From: Burkholderiaceae bacterium
Lineage (GTDB): Bacteria; Pseudomonadota; Gammaproteobacteria; Burkholderiales; Burkholderiaceae_E
Assembly: GCA_900299025.1 (NCBI GenBank)
Contig: OMIE01000057.1
Span: 2,287-66,286 of the forward strand
Direction of reading: 5' to 3'
DNA length: 64,000 nucleotides
How positions within the stretch are numbered: position 1 is the stretch's first letter; each line of letters begins with the position of its first letter. Both the position numbers and the translations under genes were made by a program. This document shows positions 1 through 10,299 of this stretch, in pieces. The notes under the pieces are model-generated. The model saw nothing but the letters and a program-made list of their open reading frames with translations, ran no database searches and was not told the origin of the DNA.

Positions 1-527
1 ACAAACAAGTCCTCGATATATTGCCCAGCATCGGTGCTTTCACCCACGTAAAACACACGCTTTCCACCAGCGCTTTCCCTAAATCGCCCGGCAGCGGCCT
101 GCAAGGATTCGTCGCGTTCACTGTATTGGGCCTGCAATCGCTCACTTTCGGAAACGGTCCAGGGAGCGACAAACCAGGCAAAGACCAGGGATATCAAAAG
201 CATGGGCATCAGGAAGCGGAACAGGGGCTTGACCCAATCTAAAAGACTCAAGCCGGCACTAAACCAGACGGCCATTTCCTGATCGCGAAATGCCCTCGTC
301 ATGGTGAGCAATACCGCAAGAAAGGCGGTTAATACCAGCAACTGGGGGATCGAGCTTGCTGCTGAAAGCAGCAAGAAAATCAGCACATCGGCTGGGTCGA
401 TAGCACCGCTGACAGCGCGATCGAGCATCCTCACCAAGGTTACCGTGAGCAATACCGCCAGCAGCACAACCAAAATACTCGAGGCCGTCTGGCGGAACTC
501 GCGCCGTACTGATTGCTCAAAAATCAT
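1..527 (-). CDS. lptF: LPS export ABC permease LptF, N-terminal part (gene runs off the left edge)
   Basis: My own translation of the minus strand from the ATG at 527-525 gives MIFEQSVRREFRQTASSILVVLLAVLL...GRFRESAGGKRVFYVGE, typical of the YjgP/YjgQ (LptF) N-terminus. The divergent lptF/pepA arrangement is common in proteobacteria. It is absent from the ORF track because no stop lies inside the window. Confidence 0.8.
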   Translation of the reverse strand, partial: MIFEQSVRREFRQTASSILVVLLAVLLTVTLVRMLDRAVSGAIDPADVLIFLLLSAASSIPQLLVLTAFLAVLLTMTRAFRDQEMAVWFSAGLSLLDWVKPLFRFLMPMLLISLVFAWFVAPWTVSESERLQAQYSERDESLQAAAGRFRESAGGKRVFYVGESTDAGQYIEDLF

Positions 528-726
528 CGTGTGGCTTAACCCCATAGAGGACAAAGATCTCGAAGCGAAACAGCGCTCGATATAATCAGTGCATATTACT
601 TTGCCTGGGCGGGCCCGTAGGGCCGATAGTCGAAGCTTCAGCGGATACTCGTTAAAGTCTGACTCTCAAGTCCGCCCATGGTCCAGCCAACCGATATCCA
701 TGCCTCAGTAGCCGGAGCAAGCAAAC

Positions 727-2322
727 ATGCTATGCAAAACCATTCCCAGCACCCGTGATCCTGTCAGAGCAGCCTGCTTAATCGTCCCGATCGATAAGGA
801 GGGCAACAGCTTTACGCCTCAGATCCCGCTTGATGAGCAAGCACGAAACTGGATCATCGAAGTTGCCAAGCGCGGGGATCTTGGGAAATCCAATGGCGCT
901 TGCCTCTGGGTCCCGTTAGCAACCGAGCCAGCATCTTCCAAAGCCAAGGCAGCGGCAAAAGCCGATCGTCGAACAAGTCTAGCCAACAGGCAAAAGACAA
1001 CGGCAACTAGCCCACAAACCCATCGTGTGCTCCTTGTGAGAATAGCAAGTGAAGCAGACAAGGCCGCTCCGAGCGAGAAAGCCTATGTCGACGCCTGCAA
1101 GGCCGTTGCCAAACAACTCGATGAAGCGGACATCAGTAGCGCAGTTTCCTTGTTGCAGGCAGCACTACCGAGCGATAAGGATCTGGCTTGGGCGAGTTCT
1201 CGCCTCGTTTTGGCATGCCGCGAACAACAATATCGTTTCGACGTCTTTAAACGCGAGGCATCAAAGCAAACCAAGGAATCAGCCGGCAAGGGCTTACAAC
1301 ATCTGCTCTTGGCCGTCGATCCGCGCAAATCTGCATCAGTCGATACGGCGATCGCGCATGCGATGGCCTTAGCAAACGGCATGGACTTGACCAAGGACCT
1401 CGGCAATACACCCCCTAATATTTGTACGCCCGAATTCCTTGCTGAAAAGGCATTGGCCCTGTCGAAAAGCCACAAAATCCAAGTTCAAGTCCTCGAACGC
1501 CGCCAAATGCAAGCGCTTGGCATGGGCGCTTTGCTTGCCGTAGCCCAGGGTTCAACGCAAACACCGCGACTGGTGGTGATGCAGTACCAAGGCAGTAAAA
1601 CCAAGCAAGCGCCGATCGTGCTCGTGGGCAAGGGGATTACCTTTGACACCGGCGGTATTTCGATTAAACCAGCAGGTGGCATGGACGAAATGAAGTTCGA
1701 CATGTGTGGTGCAGCGTCGGTGTTTGGCGCGATCAAAGCCATCGCTGAAATGAAGCTTACACTTCATGTGATCGGTGTCGTACCAGCAGCCGAGAATATG
1801 CCAGACGGTAATGCAACCCGGCCGGGCGACATCGTCAACACCATGTCGGGTCAAACCGTCGAAATTCTCAACACCGACGCCGAGGGTCGACTCATACTTT
1901 GCGATGCGCTCAGTTATTGCGAACGATTTAAACCTGATACCGTCATTGATATTGCAACATTAACCGGTGCCTGCGTGGTAGCGCTCGGTGCGGTGCACTC
2001 GGGCCTGTTTTCTCCTGATGATGCACTTGCTGACGAACTGCTTAAAGCAGGCCGGCAAAGTACCGATACCTGCTGGCGGATGCCTGTCGAGGACGCCTAT
2101 CAAGAGGGCTTAAAGTCAAATTTTGCTGATATGGCCAATGTTGGGGGGCGTGAGGGCGGCGCCATCACAGCCGCTTGCTTTTTGGCACGATTTACCAAGT
2201 CATTTCGATGGGCTCATTTGGATATTGCTGGCACGGCCTGGCGAGGTGGTGGCGCCAAAGGCGCATCGGCCCGACCGGTACCGCTACTTGTCGAGTTTTT
2301 GAAGACTCGGGCAGGGTTGTGA
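727..2322 (+). CDS. pepA: Leucyl aminopeptidase (peptidase M17)
   Basis: 531-aa ORF with the M17 signature NTDAEGRLILCDAL and VGKGITFDTGGISIKP. It is followed by holC and valS, the usual synteny. Confidence 0.95.
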   Translation: MLCKTIPSTRDPVRAACLIVPIDKEGNSFTPQIPLDEQARNWIIEVAKRGDLGKSNGACLWVPLATEPASSKAKAAAKADRRTSLANRQKTTATSPQTHRVLLVRIASEADKAAPSEKAYVDACKAVAKQLDEADISSAVSLLQAALPSDKDLAWASSRLVLACREQQYRFDVFKREASKQTKESAGKGLQHLLLAVDPRKSASVDTAIAHAMALANGMDLTKDLGNTPPNICTPEFLAEKALALSKSHKIQVQVLERRQMQALGMGALLAVAQGSTQTPRLVVMQYQGSKTKQAPIVLVGKGITFDTGGISIKPAGGMDEMKFDMCGAASVFGAIKAIAEMKLTLHVIGVVPAAENMPDGNATRPGDIVNTMSGQTVEILNTDAEGRLILCDALSYCERFKPDTVIDIATLTGACVVALGAVHSGLFSPDDALADELLKAGRQSTDTCWRMPVEDAYQEGLKSNFADMANVGGREGGAITAACFLARFTKSFRWAHLDIAGTAWRGGGAKGASARPVPLLVEFLKTRAGL

Positions 2323-2753
2323 CGCGCATTGACTTTCATTTCAACACCCCGGAGAAGCTCGCTTACAGCTGTCGATTGATTCGCAAGGCTTATCGAGCTC
2401 AACATCGCATTTGGGTTTTTAGCGACGATAGCGAGCAATTACAACGTCTGGACAAGATGCTTTGGCGTTTTTCGGCGATCGACTTTATTCCTCACGTCAT
2501 GCACGACCATCCACTCGCGAGCAAGACCCCTATTGTGCTTGGCCATAGCTTGCAAGGCAGTGAAAGCTTCACCATCGCCATTCATTTAGGCTCGGTGTTA
2601 CCACAAGGATTTAGTAGCTTCGAACGGTGGATCGAGGTTGTTGGACGCGATGAGGCCGATCGCCAGCAGGCTCGAAAACGATATGCGCTTTTGCGATCGC
2701 AGGGCTACCCGATTCACCACTTTGATCAGGCTGACCAAGGAACCGAGCCATGA
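2319..2753 (+). CDS. holC: DNA polymerase III chi subunit
   Basis: The ORF 2175..2753 is trimmed to the GTG at 2319, which overlaps the pepA stop as GTGA. The product (V)[33 protein letters not shown]... resembles betaproteobacterial HolC. Its stop overlaps the valS start as ATGA. Confidence 0.85.
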   Translation: MTRIDFHFNTPEKLAYSCRLIRKAYRAQHRIWVFSDDSEQLQRLDKMLWRFSAIDFIPHVMHDHPLASKTPIVLGHSLQGSESFTIAIHLGSVLPQGFSSFERWIEVVGRDEADRQQARKRYALLRSQGYPIHHFDQADQGTEP

Positions 2754-5700
2754 CTGTTGATGCAACCCCCAAGGACCAAGCGTTGGCCAAATCCTTTGAG
2801 CCGCAGGCTATCGAAGCGGGACTTTATGCGCAGTGGGCAGCAATGGGTTGCTTTGATGCGGGTAAAGACCCCCATGCCAAACCCTTTTGTATCCAATTGC
2901 CACCACCCAATGTAACGGGCACCTTGCATATGGGTCATGCATTCAATCAAACGATCATGGATGCACTAACGCGCTGGCAACGCATGAAAGGCGCCAACGC
3001 ACTTTGGCTTCCTGGCACCGATCACGCAGGTATTGCCACCCAAATGGTGGTTGAGCGCCAGCTTGAGGCAAAAGGCCAGACTCGACACGATCTCGGTCGA
3101 CAAACCTTCATTGAAAAAGTCTGGGAATGGAAGCAAATCTCGGGGTCGACCATTACGCAGCAAATGCGAAGGCTTGGCGCATCGGCTGATTGGAATCTCG
3201 AATACTTCACGATGGACGACAAGCTGTCGGCGGTGGTGCGGGAGGCTTTTATTAAGCTTTACCAGCAGGGCCTGATTTATAGGGGAAAAAGGCTCATCAA
3301 CTGGGATCCGGTATTGATGACTGCGGTCTCCGATCTCGAAGTTGTGAGCGACGAAGAACAAGGCTCCATTTGGGAGATTCACTATCCCTTGCTCGATGGC
3401 AGTGGCCATTTAACTGTCGCCACCACCAGGCCTGAAACCATGCTCGGCGATACAGCGATCATGGTTCACCCCGACGATCTTCGTTATCAGCAGCTGATTG
3501 GCAAGCAGGTGCGTTTACCGCTGACGGACCGGGTAATCCCAATCATCTCAGATAGTTATGTCGATCCAAGCTTTGGAACAGGTGTCGTCAAGGTCACGCC
3601 TGCACACGACTTTAACGACTATGCTGTGGGCCAACGACACAAGCTGCCAACGATATGTATCCTCAAACTTGATGCGAGCATAAGTGAGGATGCACCCGAG
3701 GCATATCGAGGATTGGATCGGTTCGAGGCCCGCAAGCGAATTGTTCAAGATCTTGAAAATATCGGCGCTCTCGGCGCGGTAAAGCCACACCGGCTCATGA
3801 TCCCGCGCGGTGATCGCAGCGGCGCTGTGATAGAGCCCATGCTAACCGATCAATGGTTTGTAGCGATGAGCAAGCCTGCGCCCCAGGGCAGTCTTTTCCC
3901 TGGAAAAAGTATTGCTCAAGTCTCGCTTGAAGTCGTTGAGCAAGGAAAGGTGCGCTTTGTTCCTTCAACTTGGACAAATACCTATAACCATTGGCTTGAA
4001 AACATTCAGGACTGGACCATTTCAAGGCAACTCTGGTGGGGCCACCAAATACCAGCTTGGTACCGAGCCGACGAGCAAGGTGCTGCGCTTCAGGATGCTA
4101 AGGTTTATGTTGCTCGCGACGAAGCCGATGCGAGAAAACAAGCCGACGCAGACGGATGGACAGGCGGCTTGGTTCGTGACCCCGATGTGCTTGATACCTG
4201 GTTCTCTTCAGCACTCGTACCCTTCTCGACGCTTGCCGATGAAAGCGATCCCTGGCTAGAGCGGCCCAGCGAAACCCTCGGCTTAGGCCTTAAGTTAAAA
4301 CCTGAGTTGGCCCAGTTCTTACCCTCACAAGTTTTGGTGACAGGTTTTGACATTATCTTTTTCTGGGTCGCACGCATGGTCATGATGAGCACCCACTTCA
4401 CTGGAAAAGTGCCCTTTGAAACGGTTTACGTCCATGCCTTGGTACGCGATGCCGAGGGCCAAAAAATGTCGAAATCTAAGGGCAACACGCTCGACCCCAT
4501 CGATTTAATTGATGGTATCGAGCTTGAAGACCTCGTCGCTAAGCGGACCAGTGGCTTGATGAATCCCAAGCAAGCTGAAAGCATTGCCAAAAAGACGCGC
4601 AAAGAGTACCCGCAAGGAATCCCAGGCTTCGGCGCAGACGCCCTGCGATTCACTTTTGCTTCGCTCGCCACACCAGGACGAAACATCAATTTTGACCTGA
4701 ATCGTTGTGAGGGTTATCGGAATTTTTGCAATAAATTATGGAACGCCACCCGTTTCGTATTGATGCAAGTCGGTCAAGAGAGCGCGTACGAGCTTGGCTT
4801 TGCTCCGCATGATGCAAGCGCCTGCGTACCAGGGGCATATATGCACTTTGGCAAGCCGGAACGATGGATCAGTTCGGTTCTCGAGCAGAGCATTGCTCAA
4901 ATTGAACAGCATCTTTGCGAGTTTCGTTTTGATCTTGCAGCCAAGGAGTACTACGAGCTAGTGTGGCAGTCCTATTGCGACTGGTATTTGGAATTGGCGA
5001 AGGTTCAGCTACAGCATGAGGATGCTGCCGTACGCCGAGGCACCCGACGAACGCTACTAAGCGTCTTAGAAACCATACTTCGCCTCGGCCACCCCTTCAT
5101 GCCTTTTCTGACCGAGACCTTATGGCAAAGCGTTGCACCCCTGGCGCAGCGTTATCACGCGAAACACGATGGGAAAGCCGTCGATACACCGATGGATAGC
5201 GGCAGTGCGCCATCGAAACCCGCTACCCCCGCCATGCCATGCAGCATCATGCAACAAGCCTTTCCAAAGGCTAGACCCGAGCGTGTTGATCCAGAGGCCT
5301 TAGCCTGGATGAGTCGGTTCAAAGCCTTAGTCGATGCCTGCCGCCAGCTAAGGAGCGAAATGTCGCTCTCACCCGCGCAACGTGTACCGCTTTTGATCGA
5401 AGGGGTGCAGGCTGCTGCGATTCTTGACGATGCCAGGGCATTGCAATCGCTCGCTAGGCTCCAAGAAGTTCAGGTCGTCGAGCAACTACCAAGCGACCGG
5501 CTAGCGCCAGTTCAATGGCTGGACGGCCTACGATTAATGCTCGACGTCGAGATTGACCGGTCGGCGGAATTGCTTCGCTTATCCAAAGAAATAGAACGAA
5601 TCGATCTTGAGATTGCAAAGTGTAAGGCCAAGCTTGCAAATCCATCTTTTGCCGATCGCGCGCCCAAGGTGGTCGTCGAACAAGAGCGGGAACGTATGCT

Positions 5701-5764
5701 GCGTTTTGAGACGAGTCGCGCAGCACTTTCAGATCAATACGAACGTATCAACATCAAGTCTTAA
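2750..5764 (+). CDS. valS: Valine--tRNA ligase
   Basis: 1004 aa with class I HIGH-type motif (LHMGHAFN), KMSKS (QKMSKSKGN) and a C-terminal coiled coil. Confidence 0.98.
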   Translation: MTVDATPKDQALAKSFEPQAIEAGLYAQWAAMGCFDAGKDPHAKPFCIQLPPPNVTGTLHMGHAFNQTIMDALTRWQRMKGANALWLPGTDHAGIATQMVVERQLEAKGQTRHDLGRQTFIEKVWEWKQISGSTITQQMRRLGASADWNLEYFTMDDKLSAVVREAFIKLYQQGLIYRGKRLINWDPVLMTAVSDLEVVSDEEQGSIWEIHYPLLDGSGHLTVATTRPETMLGDTAIMVHPDDLRYQQLIGKQVRLPLTDRVIPIISDSYVDPSFGTGVVKVTPAHDFNDYAVGQRHKLPTICILKLDASISEDAPEAYRGLDRFEARKRIVQDLENIGALGAVKPHRLMIPRGDRSGAVIEPMLTDQWFVAMSKPAPQGSLFPGKSIAQVSLEVVEQGKVRFVPSTWTNTYNHWLENIQDWTISRQLWWGHQIPAWYRADEQGAALQDAKVYVARDEADARKQADADGWTGGLVRDPDVLDTWFSSALVPFSTLADESDPWLERPSETLGLGLKLKPELAQFLPSQVLVTGFDIIFFWVARMVMMSTHFTGKVPFETVYVHALVRDAEGQKMSKSKGNTLDPIDLIDGIELEDLVAKRTSGLMNPKQAESIAKKTRKEYPQGIPGFGADALRFTFASLATPGRNINFDLNRCEGYRNFCNKLWNATRFVLMQVGQESAYELGFAPHDASACVPGAYMHFGKPERWISSVLEQSIAQIEQHLCEFRFDLAAKEYYELVWQSYCDWYLELAKVQLQHEDAAVRRGTRRTLLSVLETILRLGHPFMPFLTETLWQSVAPLAQRYHAKHDGKAVDTPMDSGSAPSKPATPAMPCSIMQQAFPKARPERVDPEALAWMSRFKALVDACRQLRSEMSLSPAQRVPLLIEGVQAAAILDDARALQSLARLQEVQVVEQLPSDRLAPVQWLDGLRLMLDVEIDRSAELLRLSKEIERIDLEIAKCKAKLANPSFADRAPKVVVEQERERMLRFETSRAALSDQYERINIKS

Positions 5765-5921
5765 TCACAAACCAAAAAGCGGTGATACAGCACCGTGAGC
5801 CCCGATAAAACGGCATTTTGTCGCCTGAGCCCTTGCGTTTCCTCGGACATGCGATCATGCTTTCGGCTGCGCATCGCACGAGAACAACGCGCCCCGAATT
5901 CACCACACTGGAGGTCACCGG

Positions 5922-6344
5922 ATGGCAACCGCAAAACAACCCGCCGCAAAAAAGCCTGCGGCCAAAAAACCCGCTGCCAAGGCAGCCGCAAGTAAACCAG
6001 CTGTAAAGTCATCAGCGGCCAAGCCAGCTGCGCCAAAGGCTAGCGCATCGAAGGCAACAGCGGCAAAGAAACCAGCGTCTAAAGATGCTGCTAAGCGCAG
6101 CCCCAATGCTGCTTTCATGAAGCCAATGACACCGAGCGCTGCACTTGCAGCGGTCATTGGTAGTAAGCCGATGCCTCGTACCGAAGTCACCAAGAAGTTA
6201 TGGGAATACATTAAGGCTAAAAAGCTGCAAGACGCCACCAACAAGCGTCAAATCAATGCAGATGCCGCACTCAAAGAGGTTTTTGGCCAATCAAGTGTGA
6301 GTATGTTTGAGATGACTAAGCTGGTGGGCAAGCACTTATCCTAA
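5922..6344 (+). CDS. SWIB/MDM2 domain protein with N-terminal Ala/Lys/Pro-rich histone-H1-like tail
   Basis: 140 aa. Residues 1 to about 62 are AAKKPAAKKPAAKAAASKPAVK... low complexity. The C-terminal about 75 aa (PSAALAAVIGSKPMPRTEVTKKLWEYIKAKKLQD...MFEMTKLVGKHL) matches the SWIB fold pattern. A GGAGG Shine-Dalgarno lies 8 nt upstream. Confidence 0.85.
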   Translation: MATAKQPAAKKPAAKKPAAKAAASKPAVKSSAAKPAAPKASASKATAAKKPASKDAAKRSPNAAFMKPMTPSAALAAVIGSKPMPRTEVTKKLWEYIKAKKLQDATNKRQINADAALKEVFGQSSVSMFEMTKLVGKHLS

Positions 6345-6364
6345 GCGAGCCGCCTCAAACGAAC

Positions 6365-6397
6365 AGGCCTTAAGCGAGCAAATTGGGCTTAAGGCCT
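6365..6397. terminator. Perfect 11-bp stem hairpin between convergent genes (candidate bidirectional terminator)
   Basis: AGGCCTTAAGC (6365-6375), an 11-nt loop, then GCTTAAGGCCT (6387-6397). It lies between the SWIB gene stop and the SDR gene stop. The flanks are only weakly T-rich. Confidence 0.5.
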
Positions 6398-6406
6398 TGA
6401 TCAAAC

Positions 6407-7144
6407 CTACATCGTTAAAAAACCGCCATCGACCGGTAAAACAACGCCGGTCACAAAACGCGCTGCATCGGATGACAAAAACAAAATAGGGTCTGCAACC
6501 TCTTCAGGTTGGCCCCAGCGTGCCATAGGGGTTCTTGCAAGAATCATAGCGTTGCGCGCAGCATCATCGCGCGCGCCTCGCGATAAATTGGTCACGATCC
6601 AGCCTGGGGCAACCGCGTTGACGCGTATCGAGTCCTGAGCGTAGGCGGCAGCCAGTGACATCGTGAGTTGCCGAATCGCTCCTTTTGATGCTGCATAGGC
6701 AGGCTGCTTGGGACCGCCAAAGAAGCTGAGCATGGAGGCAATGAAGATAATCGAACCCGATTGCCGAGCCAGTTGCGGTTTCATCATGGTTGATAAGCGC
6801 ATGCCGGCTGACAAATTCACGTGGAGCACTTCGTCAAAAACATCAGGGTCATGTTCCGCTTCGCGACGAATCATCCCAGCGCAATGAACAAGCACATCAA
6901 GGCGATCGAAGGACTGAGCGAGTGCGGAAAGCGCCTCATGATCCCTCACATCGAGCACTCGGACATCGATCGATTCAAAACCCGGCTGCTGCTTAGCCTG
7001 TTCGACTTCATCGGCGCTCAATCCCGTTGCAAAAACTTGTGCACCGGCCGCTGCAAAGGCTCTCGCCGAGGCCGCTCCAATACCCGAGGCACCGCCTGTG
7101 ATGAGGACTTTTTGTCCCTTGAAATCAAACAGGGCCTTAGCCAT
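6407..7144 (-). CDS. SDR family oxidoreductase
   Basis: 245 aa with TGGASGIGAA cofactor motif and YAASKGAI (YxxxK) catalytic motif. Its start ATG overlaps the upstream TusA-like stop as TAATG. Confidence 0.9.
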   Translation of the reverse strand: MAKALFDFKGQKVLITGGASGIGAASARAFAAAGAQVFATGLSADEVEQAKQQPGFESIDVRVLDVRDHEALSALAQSFDRLDVLVHCAGMIRREAEHDPDVFDEVLHVNLSAGMRLSTMMKPQLARQSGSIIFIASMLSFFGGPKQPAYAASKGAIRQLTMSLAAAYAQDSIRVNAVAPGWIVTNLSRGARDDAARNAMILARTPMARWGQPEEVADPILFLSSDAARFVTGVVLPVDGGFLTM

Positions 7145-7392
7145 TACCGCCTCCTTAGAAGAAAATGCCAGACGCCATGGTTGAGCTTTTGGTCAATCAA
7201 GTCGTTGCCAGTCTGCCTGGCGAAGTTATTGAAGTCACGCTCTGCGCCCTGGTCGGTCGCCAACACCAAAAGGGTTTGACCCGATTGCATGCTGTTGAGC
7301 GCCTTCTTAGCTTTCAGAATGGGCAGTGGGCAGTTCAAGCCTTGAGCGTCAACGGTTATGTCTGCATGGTCTGTAGCTTTGTTTGATATCAC
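7144..7392 (-). CDS. TusA/SirA-like sulfur carrier protein
   Basis: 82 aa with the conserved Cys-Pro motif [15 protein letters not shown] near the N-terminus. Its GTG start overlaps the alaS stop as GTGA. Confidence 0.8.
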   Translation of the reverse strand: MISNKATDHADITVDAQGLNCPLPILKAKKALNSMQSGQTLLVLATDQGAERDFNNFARQTGNDLIDQKLNHGVWHFLLRRR

Positions 7393-10022
7393 GAGGCCTC
7401 CTTCAACTTATCACTCACCCAATCGTGAACCGATTCGAGAGCCTGAGGTAACTTTGCCACATCATGACCACCTGCTTGCGCCAGATCAGGCCTGCCTCCG
7501 CCTTTGCCGCCGATCTGCTGGGCAACAAAATTGACCAAGTCCCCGGCTTTGACGCTGCTAAGCAAGTCCTTTGTTACGCCGGCAACGAGACTAACGCGCT
7601 CCGCCTCGACCACTGCCAACACAATCACCGCCGAGCCAAGTTGCTGCTTGAGTTGGTCCATGGCCTCGCGCATCGCTTTTGGATCAACCGCGTCGAGTTT
7701 GGCCGCCAGACAGTGCACCTGACCGATTCGCCTGGCCTGGCCGGCAAGTCCTATTCCTTGAGCAGCCGCCATCTTGGACTTGAGTTGGACGAGCTCTCGC
7801 TCCATCGCTTTCGTATGCTCAAGTACATCGCGCAGTTTGCTCTCGATGTCAGCGCTCGGCGCCTTGAGCATCCCGGCAATGCGCTCGAGCCTTGAGTCTT
7901 GGTCCTGCGATAACTTTATCGCCTGCTCACCCGTAATCGCTTCAACGCGCCGAATCCCGGCAGCCACCCCGGACTCGGCGACAATTCTGAAACTCCCGAT
8001 ATCGCCGGTCCGCTCGACGTGGGTACCACCGCAAAGCTCACGCGAACTTCCGATATCAAGCACGCGAACAGTATCACCATACTTCTCACCGAATAAAGCC
8101 ATCGCTCCCGCTTTGACTGCATCATCAAACGACATAAGCTTTGCCGCGCTTGCCTGATTGCTCAAAATCTCTTCATTGACAATGCGCTCGACTTCGCGAA
8201 TTTCTTCGGGCTTCATGGCTGAGTGATGACTGAAATCGAAGCGTGTCTTGTGCTCATCGACAAGCGAACCCTTTTGCTGCACATGTGCGCCTAAGACCTC
8301 ACGCAATGCTTTGTGCATCAAGTGGGTGGCCGAATGATTTCGAATCGTGTTTGCCCTTAGGGATTTATCCACCTGTGCCCTAAGTACATCGCCAACCCGC
8401 AACACACCTTGATTTATCAAGGCATGATGGCCGAAAACCTCAGCGCTTATTTTTTGAGTGTCGTGGACTTCGGCTTCAAAGCTCTTATGGCTTTCAAGAC
8501 CGACAAAATAACCCCGGTCACCAACCTGTCCGCCCGACTCGGCATAAAAAGGCGTTTGATCAAGGACAATTACTACGCGCTCGCCCGCCTGAGCCACTGC
8601 CACCGATGCGCCTTCATGAAAAATGGCAAGAACCTTTGCATCCTCACTCAAGCAATCATAACCATCAAACCGTGTTTTAGCACCCTGATAATCAATTCCT
8701 GCAGCCGCTTTAAACTTACCCGCTGCACGCGCCTGCTCGCGCTGTCTCGCCATGGCCGCCTCGAAACCATCCTCGTCAACGCTAAGCCCACGCTCTCGGC
8801 AAACATCGGCGGTTAGATCAACGGGAAAGCCGTAGGTGTCATAAAGTTTAAAAGCCGTTTCGCCATCAAGTTGTTTGAGTCCGTCGACAAGCACCTGCTC
8901 GAGCAAGGCCATACCGTGTTCGAGCGTTTCAGAGAATCGTTCTTCTTCTTGCTTAAGCACTGCCTTGACGCGTTCTTGCTCAGTGAAAAGCTCGGGATAC
9001 GCAGCGCCCATCGCCAGTGCCAAGTCATCGACTAATCGATGAAAGAAAAGTGTCTTGCAACCTAATTGGTAGCCATGCCGAAGTGCGCGCCTGATGATCC
9101 TTCTTAGAACATAACCACGACCTTCATTGCCCGGAATAACGCCATCGAGCACCAAAAACGCGCAGGCTCGGATGTGGTCGGCAATCACCCTCAGCGAAGC
9201 TTCATTCAGATCGCTTGTGTTGGTCTCCCTCGCAGCAGCGGCAATAAGCTGCTGAAAAAGATCGATCTCATAATTGCTGTGCACACCTTGTAGAACCGCA
9301 GCGATTCGCTCGAGCCCCATGCCGGTATCCACGCAAGGCCTTGGCAAAGCGCTCAATACGCCGCTTTCATCACGTTCGTACTGCATAAAAACGAGATTCC
9401 AAATCTCGATATAACGATCGCCATCCTGCTCAGGCGAGCCTGGAGGACCCCCAGCAACATCAGGGCCGTGATCGTAAAAAATTTCAGAGCATGGTCCGCA
9501 AGGACCTGTGTCTGCCATTTGCCAAAAGTTATCACTTGCATAACGTGCGCCCTTGTTATCACCGATGCGAATAATGCGTTCTTTGGGAACGCCAATCTCA
9601 TCGGACCAAATACCGAACGCTTCGTCGTCTTCGGCATATACGGTCACCCAAAGCTTTTCTTTGGGGATCATGAATCGTTGCGTCAACAAGTCCCAAGCAA
9701 AACGGATCGCATCGTGCTTGAAGTAGTCACCGAAGCTGAAATTGCCGAGCATTTCAAAGAAGGTGTGATGCCTCGCGGTATAGCCTACATTTTCGAGATC
9801 GTTATGCTTTCCACCTGCGCGTACGCTTCGCTGCGAGGTCGTTGCGCGCTTGTAAGCGCGTTGCTCTTTACCAAGAAAGACGTCCTTGAATTGCACCATA
9901 CCGCTATTGGTGAAGAGTAGCGTCGGATCATTGGCTGGAACGAAGGAACTGGAAGCGACAACCGTATGGCCGCGTTCAGCGAAAAAGGCTAGGAATTCAG
10001 CACGGATATCTGCAGACTTCAT
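7389..10022 (-). CDS. alaS: Alanine--tRNA ligase
   Basis: 877 aa with [10 protein letters not shown], the editing-domain HSATHLMH...CGGTH zinc motif, and a C-terminal DHHA1-like region. Confidence 0.98.
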   Translation of the reverse strand: MKSADIRAEFLAFFAERGHTVVASSSFVPANDPTLLFTNSGMVQFKDVFLGKEQRAYKRATTSQRSVRAGGKHNDLENVGYTARHHTFFEMLGNFSFGDYFKHDAIRFAWDLLTQRFMIPKEKLWVTVYAEDDEAFGIWSDEIGVPKERIIRIGDNKGARYASDNFWQMADTGPCGPCSEIFYDHGPDVAGGPPGSPEQDGDRYIEIWNLVFMQYERDESGVLSALPRPCVDTGMGLERIAAVLQGVHSNYEIDLFQQLIAAAARETNTSDLNEASLRVIADHIRACAFLVLDGVIPGNEGRGYVLRRIIRRALRHGYQLGCKTLFFHRLVDDLALAMGAAYPELFTEQERVKAVLKQEEERFSETLEHGMALLEQVLVDGLKQLDGETAFKLYDTYGFPVDLTADVCRERGLSVDEDGFEAAMARQREQARAAGKFKAAAGIDYQGAKTRFDGYDCLSEDAKVLAIFHEGASVAVAQAGERVVIVLDQTPFYAESGGQVGDRGYFVGLESHKSFEAEVHDTQKISAEVFGHHALINQGVLRVGDVLRAQVDKSLRANTIRNHSATHLMHKALREVLGAHVQQKGSLVDEHKTRFDFSHHSAMKPEEIREVERIVNEEILSNQASAAKLMSFDDAVKAGAMALFGEKYGDTVRVLDIGSSRELCGGTHVERTGDIGSFRIVAESGVAAGIRRVEAITGEQAIKLSQDQDSRLERIAGMLKAPSADIESKLRDVLEHTKAMERELVQLKSKMAAAQGIGLAGQARRIGQVHCLAAKLDAVDPKAMREAMDQLKQQLGSAVIVLAVVEAERVSLVAGVTKDLLSSVKAGDLVNFVAQQIGGKGGGRPDLAQAGGHDVAKLPQALESVHDWVSDKLKEAS

Positions 10023-10086
10023 GGCGTGGTCTCAAGGTGAATCGGCTTGCAATCGAAATTGCGCTGCGAGGAGCCATGGATTCTAG

Positions 10087-10121
10087 CCAAGAAAAAGGGG
10101 CAGCGGCCTTAGCCGCGCCCC
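10087..10121 (-). terminator. Intrinsic-terminator-like hairpin plus T-tract in the alaS upstream region
   Basis: The minus strand reads GGGGCGCGGC-TAAG-GCCGCTGCCCC (10 bp GC stem, one bulge) followed by TTTTTCTTGG. It ends about 65 nt upstream of the alaS ATG. No minus-strand gene lies upstream of it. Confidence 0.6.
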
Positions 10122-10299
10122 ATAAAGGAGACCGTTAAGACCTGGATCAAGCCAAGATGCCTTGCTCCAGACCGGGCCAAAGGATCCGTGAAATCCTTGA
10201 CTTGACCCATTGTGTCGCTACAAGCTCAGCGCGTCTGTAGGCTGCCGCACAATCCTGTAAGGTGATGTAATCCAAGGTTTCGAAAAACAAGGACCCGCC

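Noticed and set aside
5915-6244. 109-aa ORF antisense to the SWIB gene
   Set aside because: It is the mirror image of the Ala/Lys repeat (Ala/Gly/Phe-rich). The sense frame has a strong Shine-Dalgarno and a recognisable domain, and this one has neither.
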